Shown one piece after another: positions 59,287-64,000 of a stretch of DNA of 64,000 nucleotides (its first letter is position 1; each line of letters starts with the position of its first letter). Origin of the DNA: an uncultured Spirochaetota bacterium. GTDB lineage: Bacteria; Spirochaetota; Spirochaetia; SZUA-6; CAVTHK01. The stretch lies in assembly GCA_963734495.1 (NCBI GenBank), contig CAVTHK010000007.1:320001-384000 (forward strand), written 5' to 3'. The position numbers and the translations under genes are program-made. The notes under the pieces are model-generated. The model was not told where the DNA came from. It did not search any database and saw only the letters and a list, made by a program, of their open reading frames with translations.

Positions 59287-60644
59287 ATGAGCCGCTTCGC
59301 CGACCCTGACGACGCCTTTGCCTACATCGAGTCGTTCACGAACTTCGAGCGGCGCCGCCTGACGCCCCTCGACCGGGAGTACCGGCTCGATCGGATGTTC
59401 TCTCTCCTCGAGCATTTCGGCCGCCCGCACGAGGCCTTCGCCTGCTTCCACGTGGCCGGCACCAAGGGCAAGGGGTCTACCGCGGCGTTCCTCGCCGGAG
59501 CCCTGCGGGCCGCGGGCCACAGGACCGGGCTTTACCTCTCGCCCCACGTGTCCTCCTACAACGAACGAATCACGATCGACGGCGACGCGGTCGCGCCCGC
59601 GCTGCTCACGGAGGTCGCGTCGCGGATCGCGGCGGAGCTCGACGCGGGGGCCCTCGAGGACCTGCGCGGCGGCTTCGGCCCGACGACCTTCGAGCTGCTC
59701 ACCCTGCTGGCTTTCCTGTGCTTCCGCGAGTCGGGCTGCCGGGAGGCGGTCATAGAGGTCGGCATCGGCGGCCGGCTGGACGCCACCAACGTCGTCACTC
59801 CGACGGCGAGCGTGATCACGCCCCTGGACCTCGAGCACACTCAGCTCCTCGGGGACACCCTCGCGTCGATAGCCCGGGAAAAGGCGGGCATCATCAAGCC
59901 GGGCCGGCCGGCGTTCGTCGGCCACCAGCTCCCCGAGGCGCGCGAGGTCTTCGCGGACGGTCGCCGCGGCGCGCGGGAGCAGCATCCGGTTCCTCGCGGA
60001 CCGCATCGAGAGGCTGGACGCGACCGTCGGCCGCGACGGCACGAGCTTCACTCTGAAGCTTTCCGGCGACGCCGAGCGCCGATTCCGACCTCGCCATGAC
60101 CGGCCGTTTCCAGGCCGAGAACGCCGCCCTGGCCTACCTCGCGCTGCGCGAGACCAGGCCGGAGATCCCGTTCGAGGCGGTGCGGAGCGGGATAGAGGCG
60201 GCCCGTCTTCCCGGCCGCATGGAAATCGCCGGCGTGCGCCCGCCCCTGGTCCTCGACGCCGCGCACACGCCGCTCGCCACCGAGCGCGTCCTCGAGAGCT
60301 TCCGCGAGATCTTCCCCGAGCGGGGCGTCCTGCTCTTCGGCTCGGTGGCCGGGCAAGCGGCCGGGCGACATGGCGCGCATCCTCGCCCCGGCGTTCAGGC
60401 ACGTGGTGATCACGACGCCCGGGCACCTTCAAGGAGAGCGATCCGGAAGGCCTCTGGAATCTCTTCCGCATTGAGCATCCCGCCGCGGAGCTGGAGAGGG
60501 ACCCGGCCCGCGCGCTCGACCGCGCCTTCGAGCTCTCGGGAGGAACGCTTCCCGATCCTGGTGACCGGCTCCTTCTACCTGCTCGGCGAGATCAAGAAGG
60601 CGCTCGCCGCGCGGGACCGGCGGGCGAGCCCCGCCGTCCTCTGA
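59287..60644 (+). CDS. folC: Folylpolyglutamate synthase/dihydrofolate synthase (several frameshifts)
   Basis: HVAGTKGKGST, SPH, EVGIGGRLDATNV, EKAGIIK, PGRME, DAAHT, TGSFYL. Confidence 0.92.
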
Positions 60645-60758
60645 GACGCGCCACCGGGCGCGCCCGACCCCCATCCTTTGAAAGCCGCCGCTCGCATCGA
60701 GTAGAATCTGAAGCATGGATGCTCCTGCTTCGCCTGTCGGTCAACACAGGACGGCCGG

Positions 60759-62167
60759 GTGTCGCTGAACTGGCGGGAAATCGACGAGCTGCTCTCGGAG
60801 CTCGACCTCGAAGGTTGTCTCGTGCAGGACATCCGCCAGCCGACTCACGAGACGCTGGTCTTCGAGCTGCGCCGCCGGAACGAAGGGTTCCGCCTGCTCG
60901 ATCTCGCTCTCGAGCCGCAACGCCCGCCTGCATCGCCTCACCTCCGTGCCCCCGAACCCGGAGAAGCCGCCGCGGTTCGTGAGCTTCCTGCGCGCGCACG
61001 TGCGCGGGGGCCGCATCGTCCAGGCAGTCCAGGTCCGCGGCCAGCGGATCGTCAAGCTCGCGGTCGACCTCGGCGGCGAGGAGTGCGTTCTGTGGGTGCG
61101 CCTCTGGCCGACTGCGGCCAACGTCATCGCCACGGACCGCGACGGCCGCATCCTCGAGACCTTCTACCGCAGGCCGAAGCGCGGAGAGGTCGCCGGCGGC
61201 GAGTATGACGCCGAGGCCCTGTTCCGCGACTCCGGGCCCGCAAAGACCTTCGCGATCCGCGAGCTGCCCGGCGAGGGGGACTTCAACGCGCGGGTAGAGG
61301 CCCACTACCGGCACCTGGAGGAAGGCGAGGAGACGCAGAAGCTCCGCGACGCCCTCCTCGGCGAGCTCCGCTCGAGGGAGACCGGGATCCTCGTGCAGAA
61401 GGCGCGCCTGGAGAAACAGCTCGAGTCGCTCAAGGACCCCGGGCGGATGCGCCAGATCGGCGACATCATCATGGCCAACCTCCACCTCGTCGCTGCCAAG
61501 TCAGAGCGCCTCGAGGCCGAAGACTTTACCGACGGCGGGGCGACGATCGTGATCGAGCTCGACCCGCGCCTCAACGGACCGCGCAACGCCGAGAGATACT
61601 ACGAGCGGGCGTCGGCCGCCCGCAGGGGCGCGGAGCGGGTCCGCGAGGAGCTGGCCGCGCTCGAGCACGGCCTGTCGCAGGTCGCGGCCCGGCGCGAGGC
61701 GATCGACGGCGCCGGCTCGCTCGAGGAGCTGCGGGCGCTGCAGACGCGAGGCTCCCCGGCGGCGGCACGCGACCGCCCTGCCGGGCCTCCATTTCCGCTC
61801 GCAGAGCCACAGGATCATGGTGGGAAGGAGCGCGGCCGACAACGACGAGCTGCTGCGCTCGTACGTCGCCGGAAACGACTACTGGTTCCACGCCCGCGAC
61901 TGGCCGGGCGCCTACGTGTTCGTCAAGACACCCAGGGGCAAGAGCGTCCCGCTCGAGGTCATGCTCGACGCCGCCAACCTGGCGGTCTTCTACTCCAAGG
62001 GCCGGACCGTGGGCAGCGGCGACGTGTACTACACGCAGGTCAAGTTCCTCCGCCGGGCCAAGGGAGGCAAGAGCGGCCTCGTCATTCCGACGCGCGAGAA
62101 GAACCTGTTCGTGCGGCTCGACAGCGGCCGCGTGGAGCGGGTGAGGCAGTCGCAGGTGGTGGAATGA
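60759..62167 (+). CDS. NFACT / RqcH (FbpA-like) protein (frameshifts)
   Basis: RIVKL..LWVRLW..ANVI, NAERYY, VGRSAADNDEL, WFHARDWPGAYV, DAANLAVFYSK, YTQVK. Confidence 0.88.
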
Positions 62168-62995
62168 GCATGCGCAAGGTGAGGGCGCCGGTCGTCGACG
62201 ACATCTTCTATCCGGCCGAGCGTGAGGCGCTCGACGATGCCGTGCGCGGGCTGCTCGACCGCTCGGCCGCGGCCCCCGCCGAGACGCCAGCCCTGATCCT
62301 GCCTCACGCCGCCTACTCGATCGCAGGCGACCTGCTCGCGGCGGGGTTCCGCTCGGCGTCGCGCCGCCGGACCGAGCGCGTGGTCATCCTCGCCCCGATG
62401 CACAGGGACGCGGGCAACCGCGTCGTGCTGCCGGAATCGAGCGCGTTCCTTACGCCGATGGGCGAGACCCCGGTGGACGATAAGACGATCGGCGAGCTCG
62501 AGGGATGGAGCACCGCGATCATCCGCAACGACGTGCCGCACCTGGAAGAGCACGCCGTCGAGGTCTGCCTTCCCTTTATCCAGGTCCTCTTTCCCGGGGC
62601 CTCCCTGGTCCCGATCCTCGTGGGCCGCGCGCCCGCGGGGCTCCTGAAGACCGTGGGCCGCGCGCTCACCACCGCGCTCGGCGGACGGCTGGGACACCAC
62701 GCTGCTGGTGGCGTCCACCAACCTGAACGGCGACTCCGGCGGCCTGCGGGAGGCCAACTCGTTCCTCAGCGCGCTGGGGGTCACGAGGGCGCGCGCGCGC
62801 GTGCGCGCCTCCGCGCGGGCGGCGGCGATCATCGAAGGGGCGCGCTCCGGCCGCATCACCGCGTGCGGCGCCTACCCGGTCGCGGCGATGCTGGAGCTGG
62901 CGCCCGCGGCCGGGATGCCGCGCCTCCTGGCCCGCGGCGACTCGGGCAACGAGGCGCCGCGACGCACGTACTACGGAGCGGTGGCGCTAGGGTGA
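62164..62995 (+). CDS. amrB: AmmeMemoRadiSam protein B (MEMO1-like; frameshift near 62693)
   Basis: RAPVV..FYP, PHAAY, TPMG, EHAVEV..PFIQ, ACG. Confidence 0.85.
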
Positions 62996-63011
62996 CAAGG
63001 GGGAGACGAAA

Positions 63012-63620
63012 TTGAGCTTTGTCCTGACGGAAGACGAGCAGCGGACGCTGCTCGAGACGGCGCGGGCCGCCATCACCTCGCAGCCGCAGGCCCCGCCGGG
63101 GCCGCGGCCCGAGCCGAGCGCGGCGCTGCTCACGCCCTGCGGCGCCTTTGTGACGCTCCACGAGCGCCTCGCCGACGGCGGGCTCGAGCTGCGCGGCTGC
63201 ATCGGCTACGTGGAGGCCGGAGCGCCCCTGCTGGAGACGGTCCGCCGCGCGGCCAGGGCGGCCGCGTTTCACGACGCGCGCTTCGTCCCGGTCACCGCCG
63301 CGGAGCTGCCGCGCCTCGAGATCGAGATTTCGGTGCTGTCGCCGCTCACGCCCGTGCGCGACCCGGCGGAGATCGTCGTCGGCGAGCACGGCATCGTGAT
63401 CCGCAGCGGCATGCGCTCGGGACTGCTGCTCCCGCAGGTCGCGACGGAGCGCGGCTGGGACCGCGAGACCTTCCTCGGGCACACGTGCCTCAAGGCGGGG
63501 CTTCCGCGCAACGCCTGGAAGGAGCCGGGAGTCGCGATTGAAATCTTCTCGGCTCTCGTGTTCAATGAGCGCGACCTCGGTATATTGGTAAAAAGCGATC
63601 GGACGGAGCGCAACGGATGA
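63012..63620 (+). CDS. amrA: AmmeMemoRadiSam protein A (AMMECR1 domain)
   Basis: GAFVTL, LRGCIG, DARF, EISVLS, GLLLPQVA, CLKAGL. Confidence 0.93.
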   Translation: MSFVLTEDEQRTLLETARAAITSQPQAPPGPRPEPSAALLTPCGAFVTLHERLADGGLELRGCIGYVEAGAPLLETVRRAARAAAFHDARFVPVTAAELPRLEIEISVLSPLTPVRDPAEIVVGEHGIVIRSGMRSGLLLPQVATERGWDRETFLGHTCLKAGLPRNAWKEPGVAIEIFSALVFNERDLGILVKSDRTERNG

Positions 63621-64000
63621 GTCTGCACAACGCGATCACCGAAGAGAGAGTCACGCGGCTCGGGATCCCCACCGGCCTGGAGGGCGGCAGCTTCGCCCTG
63701 ACGAAGATCGCGGCGGCCAAGACCGAGGCCGGATACGTCGTCGCCGACAACCAGGTGAGCGAGTGGCGTTTCCTGGGCGTGACCTACGTCAAGGGCGAGC
63801 CCTGGCTGTACGGGCCGATGGCCGAGGGCAGGTCGCTCGGCGAGATGCTCGAGCAGCCGCCCGAGGCGGCTCTCGCGGCCCTGCTTGCGCTCGCCCGTGC
63901 GCTCGTGCTGCTGCAGGAGCGCGGCGTCCCGTCGTTCCGCCTGCAGACCGAGACCGTGCTCTACCTCGACGAGGGCGGCCTGCTCTTCCTGCCGCCCGCG
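63617..64000 (+). CDS. Hypothetical protein, 3' truncated by window edge
   Basis: ATGA overlap with amrA stop; open to end of window (MSLHNAITEERV...). Confidence 0.7.
   Translation, partial: MSLHNAITEERVTRLGIPTGLEGGSFALTKIAAAKTEAGYVVADNQVSEWRFLGVTYVKGEPWLYGPMAEGRSLGEMLEQPPEAALAALLALARALVLLQERGVPSFRLQTETVLYLDEGGLLFLPPA

Noticed and set aside
34025-62995. Pseudogenes or programmed frameshifts in ppdK, polA, folC, xpb and others
   Set aside because: Core genes affected with motifs otherwise intact and no slippery heptamers noticed; assembly error is more parsimonious.
60946-63015. 689-aa ORF suggesting an NFACT-MEMO1 fusion
   Set aside because: Frameshift artefact; the NFACT C-domain lies in another frame with its own stop at 62167.
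1-64000. CRISPR arrays, IS elements, integrases, prophage or defence genes
   Set aside because: No spaced repeat arrays or such protein motifs seen; tRNA-Cys is flanked by housekeeping genes.

Overview
Chromosomal segment of a high-GC spirochaete (Spirochaetia-like; inferred from FlaB-type flagellins and the gene content). No mobile elements, CRISPR arrays or rRNA were seen. Left part: flagellar locus (two flaB, flaG, fliD, PilZ and HD-GYP proteins with tsaE/tsaB, convergent flgN-flgK-flgL-fliW-csrA), pfk-hyp-metK-amrS, scattered sugar/acid catabolic genes, fused cytochrome c synthase CcsBA, carbamate kinase, and a coupled KDSR-like SDR / serine palmitoyltransferase-like / OmpA-family operon suggesting sphingolipid synthesis. 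Right part: lnt, ppdK, a short sigma70-family factor behind a sigma54-like promoter, groES, JAB-DinG, PNP, argR-argB-argD with tandem ARG-like boxes, HU preceded by an unannotated 46-aa histone H1-like ORF, aroD-aroE fusion, XPB plus partner, fliS, polA, coaE, tRNA-Cys, folC, NFACT-amrB-amrA. Beyond about 33.6 kb many genes carry single-base frameshifts, probably long-read assembly errors. Family calls come from motif recognition by eye, not database searches.
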